64,000 nt of DNA from Balanoglossus misakiensis (Eukaryota; Animalia; Hemichordata). The notes beneath the pieces were generated by a model. That model was given only the letters and a program-made list of their open reading frames with translations. It was not told where the DNA came from and did no database searches. Below, piece after piece: positions 1-13,500 of this stretch. The translations under genes were made by a program, and so were the position numbers. Each line of letters opens with the position of its first letter. Position 1 is the first letter of the stretch. Location of the stretch: assembly GCA_040954595.2 (NCBI GenBank), contig CM082595.2, positions 767,690 through 831,689 of the forward strand, given 5' to 3'.

Positions 1-1722
1 AAATGACAATTTTTCGACTTTGCGGATTTTCGAAATTTGGTGATTTTTCGAGAAAAACCATGGGTTATAGCTCATGAAAATCACCCAGAAATGACAATTT
101 TTCGACTTTGCGGATTTTCGAAATTTGGTGATTTTTCGAGAAAAACCATGGGTTATAGCTCATGAAAATCACCCAGAAATGACAATTTTTCGACTTTGCG
201 GATTTTCGAAATTTGGTGATTTTTCGAGAAAAACCATGGGTTATAGCTCATGAAAATCACCCAGAAATGACAATTTTTCGACTTTGCGGATTTTCGAAAT
301 TTGGTGATTTTTCGAGAAAAACCATGGGTTATAGCTCATGAAAATCACCCAGAAATGACAATTTTTCGACTTTGCGGATTTTCGAAATTTGGTGATTTTT
401 CGAGAAAAACCATGGGTTATAGCTCATGAAAATCACCCAGAAATGACAATTTTTCGACTTTGCGGATTTTCGAAATTTGGTGATTTTTCGAGAAAAACCA
501 TGGGTTATAGCTCATGAAAATCACCCAGAAATGACAATTTTTCGACTTTGCGGATTTTCGAAATTTGGTGATTTTTCGAGAAAAACCATGGGTTATAGCT
601 CATGAAAATCACCCAGAAATGACAATTTTTCGACTTTGCGGATTTTCGAAATTTGGTGATTTTTCGAGAAAAACCATGGGTTATAGCTCATGAAAATCAC
701 CCAGAAATGACAGTTTTTCGACTTTGCGGATTTTCGAAATTTGGTGATTTTTCGAGAAAAACCATGGGTTATAGCTCATGAAAATCACCCAGAAATGACA
801 ATTTTTCGACTTTGCGGATTTTCGAAATTTGGTGATTTTTCGAGAAAAACCATGGGTTATAGCTCATGAAAATCACCCAGACATGTCAATTTTTCGACTT
901 TGCGGATTTTCGAAATTTGGTGATTTTTCGAGAAAAACCATGGGTTATAGCTCATGAAAATCACCCAGAAATGACAATTTTTCGAATTTGCGGATTTTCG
1001 AAATTTGGTGATTTTTCGAGAAAAACCATGGGTTATAGCTCATGAAAATCACCCAGAAATGACAATTTTTCGACTTTGCGGATTTTCGAAATTTGGTGAT
1101 TTTTCGAGAAAAACCATGGGTTATAGCTCATGAAAATCACCCAGAAATGACAATTTTTCGACTTTGCGGATTTTCGAAATTTGGTGATTTTTCGAGAAAA
1201 ACCATGGGTTATAGCTCATGAAAATCACCCAGAAATGACAATTTTTCGACTTTGCGGATTTTCGAAATTTGGTGATTTTTCGAGAAAAACCATGGGTTAT
1301 AGCTCATGAAAATCATCCAGAAATGTCAATTTTTCGACTTCGCGAAATTTCAAAATTTGGTGGTTTTTCGACAAAAACCATGGGTTATAGCTCATGAAAA
1401 TCATCCAGAAATGTCAATTTTTCGACTTCGCGAAATTTCCAAATTTGGTGGTTTTTCGAGAAAAACCATGGGTTATACCTCATGAAAATCACCCAGAAAT
1501 GACAATTTTTCGACTTCGCGGATTTTCGAAATTTGGTGATTTTTCGAGAAAAACCATGGGTTATAGCTCATGAAAATCACCCAGAAATGACAATTTTTCG
1601 ACTTTGCGGATTTTCGAAATTTGGTGATTTTTGGAGAAAATCCATGGGTTATAGCTCATGAAAATCACCCAGAAATGACAATTTTTCGACTTCGCGGATT
1701 TTCGAAATTTGGTGATTTTTCG
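1..1722 (+). repeat. Satellite array, 88-bp monomer type A (~20 copies, incl. variant A' at ~1315-1490); continues beyond window start
   Basis: Monomer aaatgacaatttttcgactttgcggattttcgaaatttggtgatttttcgagaaaaaccatgggttatagctcatgaaaatcacccag recurs at 1, 89, 177 ... 441 (period 88). Confidence 0.98.
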
Positions 1723-1968
1723 ACAAAAACCATGGGTTATAGCCCATGATTTTCATCAAAAAATCACAATTTTCCGACTTTTTTAATTTTCAAAATTTGG
1801 CCATTTTTCACAAAAATCATGGGTTATAGCCCATGATTTTCATCAAAAAATCACAATTTTCCGACTTTTTTAATTTTCAAAATTTGGCCATTTTTCACAA
1901 AAATCATGGGTTATAGCCCATGATTTTCATCAAAAAATCACAATTTTCCGACTTTTTTAATTTTCAAA
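1723..1968 (+). repeat. ~3 copies of 87-bp type-B monomer in the same sense as type A (reverse complement of the main B array)
   Basis: catgggttatagcccatgattttcatcaaaaaatcacaattttccgacttttttaattttcaaaatttggccatttttc is the reverse complement of the 87-bp monomer and aligns end-to-end with type A. Confidence 0.95.
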
Positions 1969-2023
1969 TTAAATTTGCGGTATGGCTCGTACAAATACAG
2001 GATGATGAAGGGGTTGATGACTG
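1969..2023. other. 55-bp non-satellite spacer at satellite inversion point (copy 1)
   Basis: ttaaatttgcggtatggctcgtacaaatacaggatgatgaaggggttgatgactg separates inverted B arrays; near-identical copy at 4479-4533. Confidence 0.93.
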
Positions 2024-3203
2024 AATGGCCAAATTTTGAAAATTAAAAAAGTCGGAAAATTGTGATTTTTTGATGAAAATCATGGGCTATAACCCATGAT
2101 TTTAGTGAAAAATGGCCAAATTTTGAAAATTAAAAAAGTCGGAAAATTGTGATTTTTTGATGAAAATCATGGGCTATAACCCATGATTTTTGTGAAAAAT
2201 GGCCAAATTTTGAAAATTAAAAAAGTCGGAAAATTGTGATTTTTTGATGAAAATCATGGGCTATAACCCATGATTTTTGTGAAAAATGGCCAAATTTTGA
2301 AAATTAAAAAAGTCGGACAATTGTGATTTTTTGATGAAAATCATGGGCTATAACCCATGATTTTTGTGAAAAATGGCCAAATTTTGAAAATTAAAAAAGT
2401 CGGAAAATTGTGATTTTTCGATGATTTTCATGGGCTATAACCCATGATTTTTGTGAAAAATGGCCAAATTTTGAAAATTAAAAAAGTCGGAAAATTGTGA
2501 TTTTTCGATGAAAATCATGGGCTATAACCCATGATTTTTGTGAAAAATGGCCAAATTTTGAAAATTAAAAAAGTCGGAAAATTGTGATTTTTCGATGAAA
2601 ATCATGGGCTATAACCCATGATTTTTGTGAAAAATGGCCAAATTTTGAAAATTAAAAAAGTCGGAAAATTGTGATTTTTCGATGAAAATCATGGGCTATA
2701 ACCCATGATTTTTGTGAAAAATGGCCAAATTTTGAAAATTAAAAAAGTCGGAAAATTGTGATTTTTCGATGAAAATCATGGGCTATAACCCATGATTTTT
2801 GTGAAAAATGGCCAAATTTTGAAAATTAAAAAAGTCGGAAAATTGTGATTTTTCGATGAAAATCATGGGCTATAATCCATGATTTTTGTGAAAAATGGCC
2901 AAATTTTGAAAATTAAAAAAGTCGGAAAATTGTGATTTTTTGATGAAAATCATGGGCTATAACCCATGATGTTTGTGAAAAATGGCCAAATTTTGAAAAT
3001 TAAAAAAGTCGGAAAATTGTGATTTTTTGATGAAAATCATGGGCTATAACCCATGATTTTTGTGAAAAATGGCCAAATTTTGAAAATTAAAAAAGTCGGA
3101 AAATTGTGATTTTTTGATGAAAATCATGGGCTATAACCCATGATTTTTGTGAAAAATGGCCAAATTTTGAAAATTACAAAAGTCGGAAAATTGTGATTTT
3201 TTG
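2024..3203 (-). repeat. Satellite array, 87-bp type B (~13.5 copies), opposite orientation to type A
   Basis: gaaaaatggc at 2281 and 3151 (10 x 87). Confidence 0.97.
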
Positions 3204-4478
3204 AAAATCATCCAGAAATGTCAATTTTTCGACTTCGCGAAATTTCAAAATTTGGTGGTTTTTCGACAAAAACCATGGGTTAGAGCTCATGAAAATCATC
3301 CAGAAATGTCAATTTTTCGACTTCGCGAAATTTCAAAATTTGGTGGTTTTTCGACAAAAACCATGGGTTATAGCTCATGAAAATCATCCAGAAATGTCAA
3401 TTTTTCGACTTCCCGAAATTTCAAAATTTGGTGGTTTTTCGACAAAAACCATGGGTTATAGCTCATGAAAATCCTCCAGAAATGTCAATTTTTCGACTTC
3501 GCGAAATTTCAAAATTTGGTGGTTTTTCGACAAAAACCATGGGTTATAGCTCATGAAAATCACCCAGAAATGACAATTTTTCGACTTTGCGGATTTTCGA
3601 AATTTGGTGATTTTTCGAGAAAAACCATGGGTTATAGCTCATGAAAATCACCCAGAAATGACAATTTTTCGACTTTGCGGATTTTCGAAATTTGGTGATT
3701 TTTCGAGAAAAACCATGGGTTATAGCTCATGAAAATCACCCAGAAATGACAATTTTTCGACTTTGCGGATTTTCGAAATTTGGTGATTTTTCGAGAAAAA
3801 CCATGGGTTATAGCTCATGAAAATCATCCAGAAATGTCAATTTTTCGACTTCGCGAAATTTCAAAATTTGGTGGTTTTTCGACAAAAACCATGGGTTATA
3901 GCTCATGAAAATCATCCAAAAAAGTCAATTTTTCGACTTCGCGAAATTTCCAAATTTGGTGGTTTTTCGAGAAAAACCATGGGTTATAGCTCATGAAAAT
4001 CACCCAGAAATGACAATTTTTCGACTTTGCGGATTTTCGAAATTTGGTGATTTTTGGAGAAAAACCATGGGTTATAGCTCATGAAAATCACCCAGAAATG
4101 ACAATTTTTCGACTTCGCGGATTTTCGAAATTTGGTGATTTTTCGACAAAAACCATGGGTTATAGCCCATGATTTTCATCAAAAAATCACAATTTTTCGA
4201 CTTTTTTAATTTTCAAAATTTGGCCATTTTTCACAAAAATCATGGGTTATAGCCCATGATTTTCATCAAAAAATCACAATTTTCCGACTTTTTTAATTTT
4301 CAAAATTTGGCCATTTTTCACAAAAATCATGGGTTATAGCCCATGATTTTCATCAAAAAATCACAATTTTCCGACTTTTTTAATTTTCAAAATTTGGCCA
4401 TTTTTCACAAAAATCATGGGTTATAGCCCATGATTTTCATCAAAAAATCACAATTTTCCGACTTTTTTAATTTTCAAA
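3204..4478 (+). repeat. Satellite block: A'/A monomers (3204-~4145) followed by ~4 reverse-complement B monomers (~4146-4478)
   Basis: Similar order of variant monomers to 1315-1968 (A', A with tttggaga variant, A with cttcgcgg variant, then rc-B). Confidence 0.95.
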
Positions 4479-4533
4479 TTAAATTTGCGGTATGGCTCGT
4501 ACAAACACAGGATGATGAAGGGGTTGATGACTG
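4479..4533. other. 55-bp non-satellite spacer at satellite inversion point (copy 2)
   Basis: Identical to 1969-2023 except acaaacacagg vs acaaatacagg. Confidence 0.93.
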
Positions 4534-7500
4534 AATGGCCAAATTTTGAAAATTAAAAAAGTCGGAAAATTGTGATTTTTTGATGAAAATCATGGGCTAT
4601 AACCCATGATTTTTGTGAAAAATGGCCAAATTTTGAAAATTAAAAAAGTCGGAAAATTGTGATTTTTCGATGAAAATCATGGGCTATAACCCATGATTTT
4701 TGTGAAAAATGGCCAAATTTTGAAAATTAAAAAAGTCGGAAAATTGTGATTTTTTGATGAAAATCATGGGCTATAACCCATGATTTTTGTGAAAAATGGC
4801 CAAATTTTGAAAATTAAAAAAGTCGGAAAATTGTGATTTTTTGATGAAAATCATGGGCTATAACCCATGATTTTTGTGAAAAATGGCCAAATTTTGAAAA
4901 TTAAAAAAGTCGGACAATTGTGATTTTTTGATGAAAATCATGGGCTATAACCCATGATTTTTGTGAAAAATGGCCAAATTTTGAAAATTAAAAAAGTCGG
5001 ACAATTGTGATTTTTTGATGAAAATCATGGGCTATAACCCATGATTTTTGTGAAAAATGGCCAAATTTTGAAAATTAAAAAAGTCGGACAATTGTGATTT
5101 TTCGATGAAAATCATGGGCTATAACCCATGATTTTTGTGAAAAATGGCCAAATTTTGAAAATTAAAAAAGTCGGACAATTGTGATTTTTCGATGAAAATC
5201 ATGGGCTATAACCCATGATTTTTGTGAAAAATGGCCAAATTTTGAAAATTAAAAAAGTCGGACAATTGTGATTTTTCGATGAAAATCATGGGCTATAACC
5301 CATGATTTTTGTGAAAAATGGCCAAATTTTGAAAATTAAAAAAGTCGGAAAATTGTGATTTTTCGATGAAAATCATGGGCTATAACCCATGATTTTTGTG
5401 AAAAATGGCCAAATTTTGAAAATTAAAAAAGTCGGAAAATTGTGATTTTTCGATGAAAATCATGGGCTATAACCCATGATTTTTGTGAAAAATGGCCAAA
5501 TTTTGAAAATTAAAAAAGTCGGAAAATTGTGATTTTTCGATGAAAATCATGGGCTATAACCCATGATTTTTGTGAAAAATGGCCAAATTTTGAAAATTAA
5601 AAAAGTCGGAAAATTGTGATTTTTCGATGAAAATCATGGGCTATAACCCATGATTTTTGTGAAAAATGGCCAAATTTTGAAAATTAAAAAAGTCGGAAAA
5701 TTGTGATTTTTCGATGAAAATCATGGGCTATAACCCATGATTTTTGTGAAAAATGGCCAAATTTTGAAAATTAAAAAAGTCGGAAAATTGTGATTTTTCG
5801 ATGAAAATCATGGGCTATAACCCATGATTTTTGTGAAAAATGGCCAAATTTTGAAAATTAAAAAAGTCGGAAAATTGTGATTTTTCGATGAAAATCATGG
5901 GCTATAACCCATGATTTTTGTGAAAAATGGCCAAATTTTGAAAATTAAAAAAGTCGGAAAATTGTGATTTTTCGATGAAAATCATGGGCTATAACCCATG
6001 ATTTTTGTGAAAAATGGCCAAATTTTGAAAATTAAAAAAGTCGGAAAATTGTGATTTTTCGATGAAAATCATGGGCTATAACCCATGATTTTTGTGAAAA
6101 ATGGCCAAATTTTGAAAATTAAAAAAGTCGGAAAATTGTGATTTTTTGATGAAAATCATGGGCTATAACCCATGATTTTTGTGAAAAATGGCCAAATTTT
6201 GAAAATTAAAAAAGTCGGAAAATTGTGATTTTTTGATGAAAATCATGGGCTATAACCCATGATTTTTGTGAAAAATGGCCAAATTTTGAAAATTAAAAAA
6301 GTCGGAAAATTGTGATTTTTTGATGAAAATCATGGGCTATAACCCATGATTTTTGTGAAAAATGGCCAAATTTTGAAAATTAAAAAAGTCGGAAAATTGT
6401 GATTTTTTGATGAAAATCATGGGCTATAACCCATGATTTTTGTGAAAAATGGCCAAATTTTGAAAATTAAAAAAGTCGGAAAATTGTGATTTTTTGATGA
6501 AAATCATGGGCTATAACCCATGATTTTTGTGAAAAATGGCCAAATTTTGAAAATTAAAAAAGTCGGACAATTGTGATTTTTTGATGAAAATCATGGGCTA
6601 TAACCCATGATTTTTGTGAAAAATGGCCAAATTTTGAAAATTAAAAAAGTCGGACAATTGTGATTTTTTGATGAAAATCATGGGCTATAACCCATGATTT
6701 TTGTGAAAAATGGCCAAATTTTGAAAATTAAAAAAGTCGGACAATTGTGATTTTTTGATGAAAATCATGGGCTATAACCCATGATTTTTGTGAAAAATGG
6801 CCAAATTTTGAAAATTAAAAAAGTCGGACAATTGTGATTTTTTGATGAAAATCATGGGCTATAACCCATGATTTTTGTGAAAAATGGCCAAATTTTGAAA
6901 ATTAAAAAAGTCGGACAATTGTGATTTTTCGATGAAAATCATGGGCTATAACCCATGATTTTTGTGAAAAATGGGCAAATTTTGAAAATTAAAAAAGTCG
7001 GAAAATTGTGATTTTTCGATGAAAATCATGGGCTATAACCCATGATTTTTGTGAAAAATGGGCAAATTTTGAAAATTAAAAAAGTCGGAAAATTGTGATT
7101 TTTCGATGAAAATCATGGGCTATAACCCATGATTTTTGTGAAAAATGGGCAAATTTTGAAAATTAAAAAAGTCGGAAAATTGTGATTTTTCGATGAAAAT
7201 CATGGGCTATAAGCCATGATTTTTGTGAAAAATGGCCAAATTTTGAAAATTAAAAAAGTCGGAAAATTGTGATTTTTCGATGAAAATCATGGGCTATAAG
7301 CCATGATTTTTGTGAAAAATGGCCAAATTTTGAAAATTAAAAAAGTCGGAAAATTGTGATTTTTCGATGAAAATCATGGGCTATAACCCATGATTTTTGT
7401 GAAAAATGGCCAAATTTTGAAAATTAAAAAAGTCGGAAAATTGTGATTTTTCGATGAAAATCATGGGCTATAACCCATGATTTTTGTGAAAAATGGCCAA

Positions 7501-10500
7501 ATTTTGAAAATTAAAAAGTCGGAAAATTGTGATTTTTCGATGAAAATCATGGGCTATAACCCATGATTTTTGTGAAAAATGGCCAAATTTTGAAAATTAA
7601 AAAAGTCGGAAAATTGTGATTTTTTGATGATTTTCATGGGCTATAACCCATGATTTTTGTGAAAAATGGCCAAATTTTGAAAATTAAAAAAGTCGGAAAA
7701 TTGTGATTTTTTGATGATTTTCATGGGCTATAACCCATGATTTTTGTGAAAAATGGCCAAATTTTGAAAATTAAAAAAGTCGGAAAATTGTGATTTTTCG
7801 ATGAAAATCATGGGCTATAACCCATGATTTTTGTGAAAAATGGCCAAATTTTGAAAATTAAAAAAGTCGGAAAATTGTGATTTTTCGATGAAAATCATGG
7901 GCTATAACCCATGATTTTTGTGAAAAATGGCCAAATTTTGAAAATTAAAAAAGTCGGAAAATTGTGATTTTTCGATGAAAATCATGGGCTATAACCCATG
8001 ATTTTTGTGAAAAATGGCCAAATTTTGAAAATTAAAAAAGTCGGAAAATTGTGATTTTTCGATGAAAATCATGGGCTATAACCCATGATTTTTGTGAAAA
8101 ATGGCCAAATTTTGAAAATTAAAAAAGTCGGAAAATTGTGATTTTTCGATGAAAATCATGGGCTATAACCCATGATTTTTGTGAAAAATGGCCAAATTTT
8201 GAAAATTAAAAAAGTCGGAAAATTGTGATTTTTCGATGAAAATCATGGGCTATAACCCATGATTTTTGTGAAAAATGGCCAAATTTTGAAAATTAAAAAA
8301 GCCGGAAAATTGTGATTTTTTGATGAAAATCATGGGCTATAACCCATGATTTTTGTGAAAAATGGCCAAATTTTGAAAATTAAAAAAGTCGGAAAATTGT
8401 GATTTTTTGATGAAAATCATGGGCTATAACCCATGATTTTTGTGAAAAATGGCCAAATTTTGAAAATTAAAAAAGTCGGAAAATTGTGATTTTTTGATGA
8501 AAATCATGGGCTATAACCCATGATTTTTGTGAAAAATGGCCAAATTTTGAAAATTAAAAAAGTCGGACAATTGTGATTTTTTGATGAAAATCATGGGCTA
8601 TAACCCATGATTTTTGTGAAAAATGGCCAAATTTTGAAAATTAAAAAAGTCGGACAATTGTGATTTTTTGATGAAAATCATGGGCTATAACCCATGATTT
8701 TTGTGAAAAATGGCCAAATTTTGAAAATTAAAAAAGTCGGACAATTGTGATTTTTTGATGAAAATCATGGGCTATAACCCATGATTTTTGTGAAAAATGG
8801 CCAAATTTTGAAAATTAAAAAAGTCGGACAATTGTGATTTTTTGATGAAAATCATGGGCTATAACCCATGATTTTTGTGAAAAATGGCCAAATTTTGAAA
8901 ATTAAAAAAGTCGGACAATTGTGATTTTTTGATGAAAATCATGGGCTATAACCCATGATTTTTGTGAAAAATGGCCAAATTTTGAAAATTAAAAAAGTCG
9001 GAAAATTGTGATTTTTCGATGAAAATCATGGGCTATAACCCATGATTTTTGTGAAAAATGGCCAAATTTTGAAAATTAAAAAAGTCGGAAAATTGTGATT
9101 TTTCGATGAAAATCATGGGCTATAACCCATGATTTTTGTGAAAAATGGCCAAATTTTGAAAATTAAAAAAGTCGGAAAATTGTGATTTTTTGATGAAAAT
9201 CATGGGCTATAACCCATGATTTTTGTGAAAAATGGCCAAATTTTGAAAATTAAAAAAGTCGGACAATTGTGATTTTTTGATGAAAATCATGGGCTATAAC
9301 CCATGATTTTTGTGAAAAATGGCCAAATTTTGAAAATTAAAAAAGTCGGACAATTGTGATTTTTTGATGAAAATCATGGGCTATAACCCATGATTTTTGT
9401 GAAAAATGGCCAAATTTTGAAAATTAAAAAAGTCGGAAAATTGTGATTTTTCGATGAAAATCATGGGCTATAACCCATGATTTTTGTGAAAAATGGCCAA
9501 ATTTTGAAAATTAAAAAAGTCGGAAAATTGTGATTTTTCGATGAAAATCATGGGCTATAACCCATGATTTTTGTGAAAAATGGCCAAATTTTGAAAATTA
9601 AAAAAGTCGGAAAATTGTGATTTTTCGATGAAAATCATGGGCTATAACCCATGATTTTTGTGAAAAATGGCCAAATTTTGAAAATTAAAAAAGTCGGAAA
9701 ATTGTGATTTTTCGATGAAAATCATGGGCTATAACCCATGATTTTTGTGAAAAATGGCCAAATTTTGAAAATTAAAAAAGTCGGAAAATTGTGATTTTTC
9801 GATGAAAATCATGGGCTATAACCCATGATTTTTGTGAAAAATGGCCAAATTTTGAAAATTAAAAAAGTCGGAAAATTGTGATTTTTCGATGAAAATCATG
9901 GGCTATAACCCATGATTTTTGTGAAAAATGGCCAAATTTTGAAAATTAAAAAAGTCGGAAAATTGTGATTTTTCGATGAAAATCATGGGCTATAACCCAT
10001 GATTTTTGTGAAAAATGGCCAAATTTTGAAAATTAAAAAAGTCGGAAAATTGTGATTATTCGATGAAAATCATGGGCTATAACCCATGATTTTTGTGAAA
10101 AATGGCCAAATTTTGAAAATTAAAAAAGTCGGAAAATTGTGATTTTTTGATGAAAATCATGGGCTATAACCCATGATTTTTGTGAAAAATGGCCAAATTT
10201 TGAAAATTAAAAAAGTCGGAAAATTGTGATTTTTCGATGAAAATCATGGGCTATAACCCATGATTTTTGTGAAAAATGGCCAAATTTTGAAAATTAAAAA
10301 AGTCGGAAAATTGTGATTTTTCGATGAAAATCATGGGCTATAACCCATGATTTTTGTGAAAAATGGCCAAATTTTGAAAATTAAAAAAGTCGGAAAATTG
10401 TGATTTTTTGATGAAAATCATGGGCTATAACCCATGATTTTTGTGAAAAATGGCCAAATTTTGAAAATTAAAAAAGTCGGAAAATTGTGATTTTTCGATG

Positions 10501-13500
10501 AAAATCATGGGCTATAACCCATGATTTTTGTGAAAAATGGCCAAATTTTGAAAATTAAAAAAGTCGGAAAATTGTGATTTTTCGATGAAAATCATGGGCT
10601 ATAACCCATGATTTTTGTGAAAAATGGCCAAATTTTGAAAATTAAAAAAGTCGGAAAATTGTGATTTTTCGATGAAAATCATGGGCTATAAGCCATGATT
10701 TTTGTGAAAAATGGCCAAATTTTGAAAATTAAAAAAGTCGGAAAATTGTGATTTTTCGATGAAAATCATGGGCTATAACCCATGATTTTTGTGAAAAATG
10801 GCCAAATTTTGAAAATTAAAAAAGTCGGAAAATTGTGATTTTTCGATGAAAATCATGGGCTATAACCCATGATTTTTGTGAAAAATGGCCAAATTTTGAA
10901 AATTAAAAAAGTCGGAAAATTGTGATTTTTCGATGAAAATCATGGGCTATAACCCATGATTTTTGTGAAAAATGGCCAAATTTTGAAAATTAAAAAAGTC
11001 GGAAAATTGTGATTTTTCGATGAAAATCATGGGCTATAACCCATGATTTTTGTGAAAAATGGCCAAATTTTGAAAATTAAAAAAGTCGGAAAATTGTGAT
11101 TTTTTGATGAAAATCATGGGCTATAACCCATGATTTTTGTGAAAAATGGCCAAATTTTGAAAATTAAAAAAGTCGGAAAATTGTGATTTTTCGATGAAAA
11201 TCATGGGCTATAACCCATGATTTTTGTGAAAAATGGCCAAATTTTGAAAATTAAAAAAGTCGGAAAATTGTGATTTTTCGATGAAAATCATGGGCTATAA
11301 CCCATGATTTTTGTGAAAAATGGCCAAATTTTGAAAATTAAAAAAGTCGGAAAATTGTGATTTTTTGATGAAAATCATGGGCTATAACCCATGATTTTTG
11401 TGAAAAATGGCCAAATTTTGAAAATTAAAAAAGTCGGAAAATTGTGATTTTTCGATGAAAATCATGGGCTATAACCCATGATTTTTGTGAAAAATGGCCA
11501 AATTTTGAAAATTAAAAAAGTCGGAAAATTGTGATTTTTCGATGAAAATCATGGGCTATAACCCATGATTTTTGTGAAAAATGGCCAAATTTTGAGAATT
11601 AAAAAAGTCGGAAAATTGTGATTTTTCGATGAAAATCATGGGCTATAACCCATGATTTTTGTGAAAAATGGCCAAATTTTGAAAATTAAAAAAGTCGGAA
11701 AATTGTGATTTTTTGATGAAAATCATGGGCTATAACCCATGATTTTTGTGAAAAATGGCCAAATTTTGAAAATTAAAAAAGTCGGAAAATTGTGATTTTT
11801 TGATGAAAATCATGGGCTATAACCCATGATTTTTGTGAAAAATGGCCAAATTTTGAAAATTAAAAAAGTCGGACAATTGTGATTTTTTGATGAAAATCAT
11901 GGGCTATAACCCATGATTTTTGTGAAAAATGGCCAAATTTTGAAAATTAAAAAAGTCGGAAAATTGTGATTTTTCGATGATTTTCATGGGCTATAACCCA
12001 TGATTTTTGTGAAAAATGGCCAAATTTTGAAAATTAAAAAAGTCGGAAAATTGTGATTTTTCGATGAAAATCATGGGCTATAACCCATGATTTTTGTGAA
12101 AAATGGCCAAATTTTGAAAATTAAAAAAGTCGGAAAATTGTGATTTTTCGATGAAAATCATGGGCTATAACCCATGATTTTTGTGAAAAATGGCCAAATT
12201 TTGAAAATTAAAAAAGTCGGAAAATTGTGATTTTTCGATGAAAATCATGGGCTATAACCCATGATTTTTGTGAAAAATGGCCAAATTTTGAAAATTAAAA
12301 AAGTCGGAAAATTGTGATTTTTCGATGAAAATCATGGGCTATAACCCATGATTTTTGTGAAAAATGGCCAAATTTTGAAAATTAAAAAAGTCGGAAAATT
12401 GTGATTTTTCGATGAAAATCATGGGCTATAATCCATGATTTTTGTGAAAAATGGCCAAATTTTGAAAATTAAAAAAGTCGGAAAATTGTGATTTTTTGAT
12501 GAAAATCATGGGCTATAACCCATGATTTTTGTGAAAAATGGCCAAATTTTGAAAATTAAAAAAGTCGGAAAATTGTGATTTTTTGATGAAAATCATGGGC
12601 TATAACCCATGATTTTTGTGAAAAATGGCCAAATTTTGAAAATTAAAAAAGTCGGAAAATTGTGATTTTTTGATGAAAATCATGGGCTATAACCCATGAT
12701 TTTTGTGAAAAATGGCCAAATTTTGAAAATTAAAAAAGTCGGAAAATTGTGATTTTTTGATGAAAATCATGGGCTATAACCCATGATTTTTGTGAAAAAT
12801 GGCCAAATTTTGAAAATTAAAAAAGTCGGAAAATTGTGATTTTTCGATGAAAATCATGGGCTATAACCCATGATTTTTGTGAAAAATGGCCAAATTTTGA
12901 AAATTAAAAAAGTCGGAAAATTGTGATTTTTCGATGAAAATCATGGGCTATAACCCATGATTTTTGTGAAAAATGGCCAAATTTTGAAAATTAAAAAAGT
13001 CGGAAAATTGTGATTTTTCGATGAAAATCATGGGCTATAACCCATGATTTTTGTGAAAAATGGCCAAATTTTGAAAATTAAAAAAGTCGGAAAATTGTGA
13101 TTTTTCGATGAAAATCATGGGCTATAACCCATGATTTTTGTGAAAAATGGCCAAATTTTGAAAATTAAAAAAGTCGGAAAATTGTGATTTTTCGATGAAA
13201 ATCATGGGCTATAACCCATGATTTTTGTGAAAAATGGCCAAATTTTGAAAATTAAAAAAGTCGGAAAATTGTGATTTTTCGATGAAAATCATGGGCTATA
13301 ACCCATGATTTTTGTGAAAAATGGCCAAATTTTGAAAATTAAAAAAGTCGGAAAATTGTGATTTTTCGATGAAAATCATGGGCTATAACCCATGATTTTT
13401 GTGAAAAATGGCCAAATTTTGAAAATTAAAAAAGTCGGAAAATTGTGATTTTTCGATGAAAATCATGGGCTATAACCCATGATTTTTGTGAAAAATGGCC

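Noticed and set aside
1982-2005. Spacer contains atggctcgtacaaa, resembling the start of histone H3 (MART)
   Set aside because: Match is only ~14 nt and the frame stops after MARTNTG; insufficient to claim a captured histone fragment.
4587-4614. Paired CATG cores as p53-family response elements
   Set aside because: Flanks do not fit RRRCWWGYYY.
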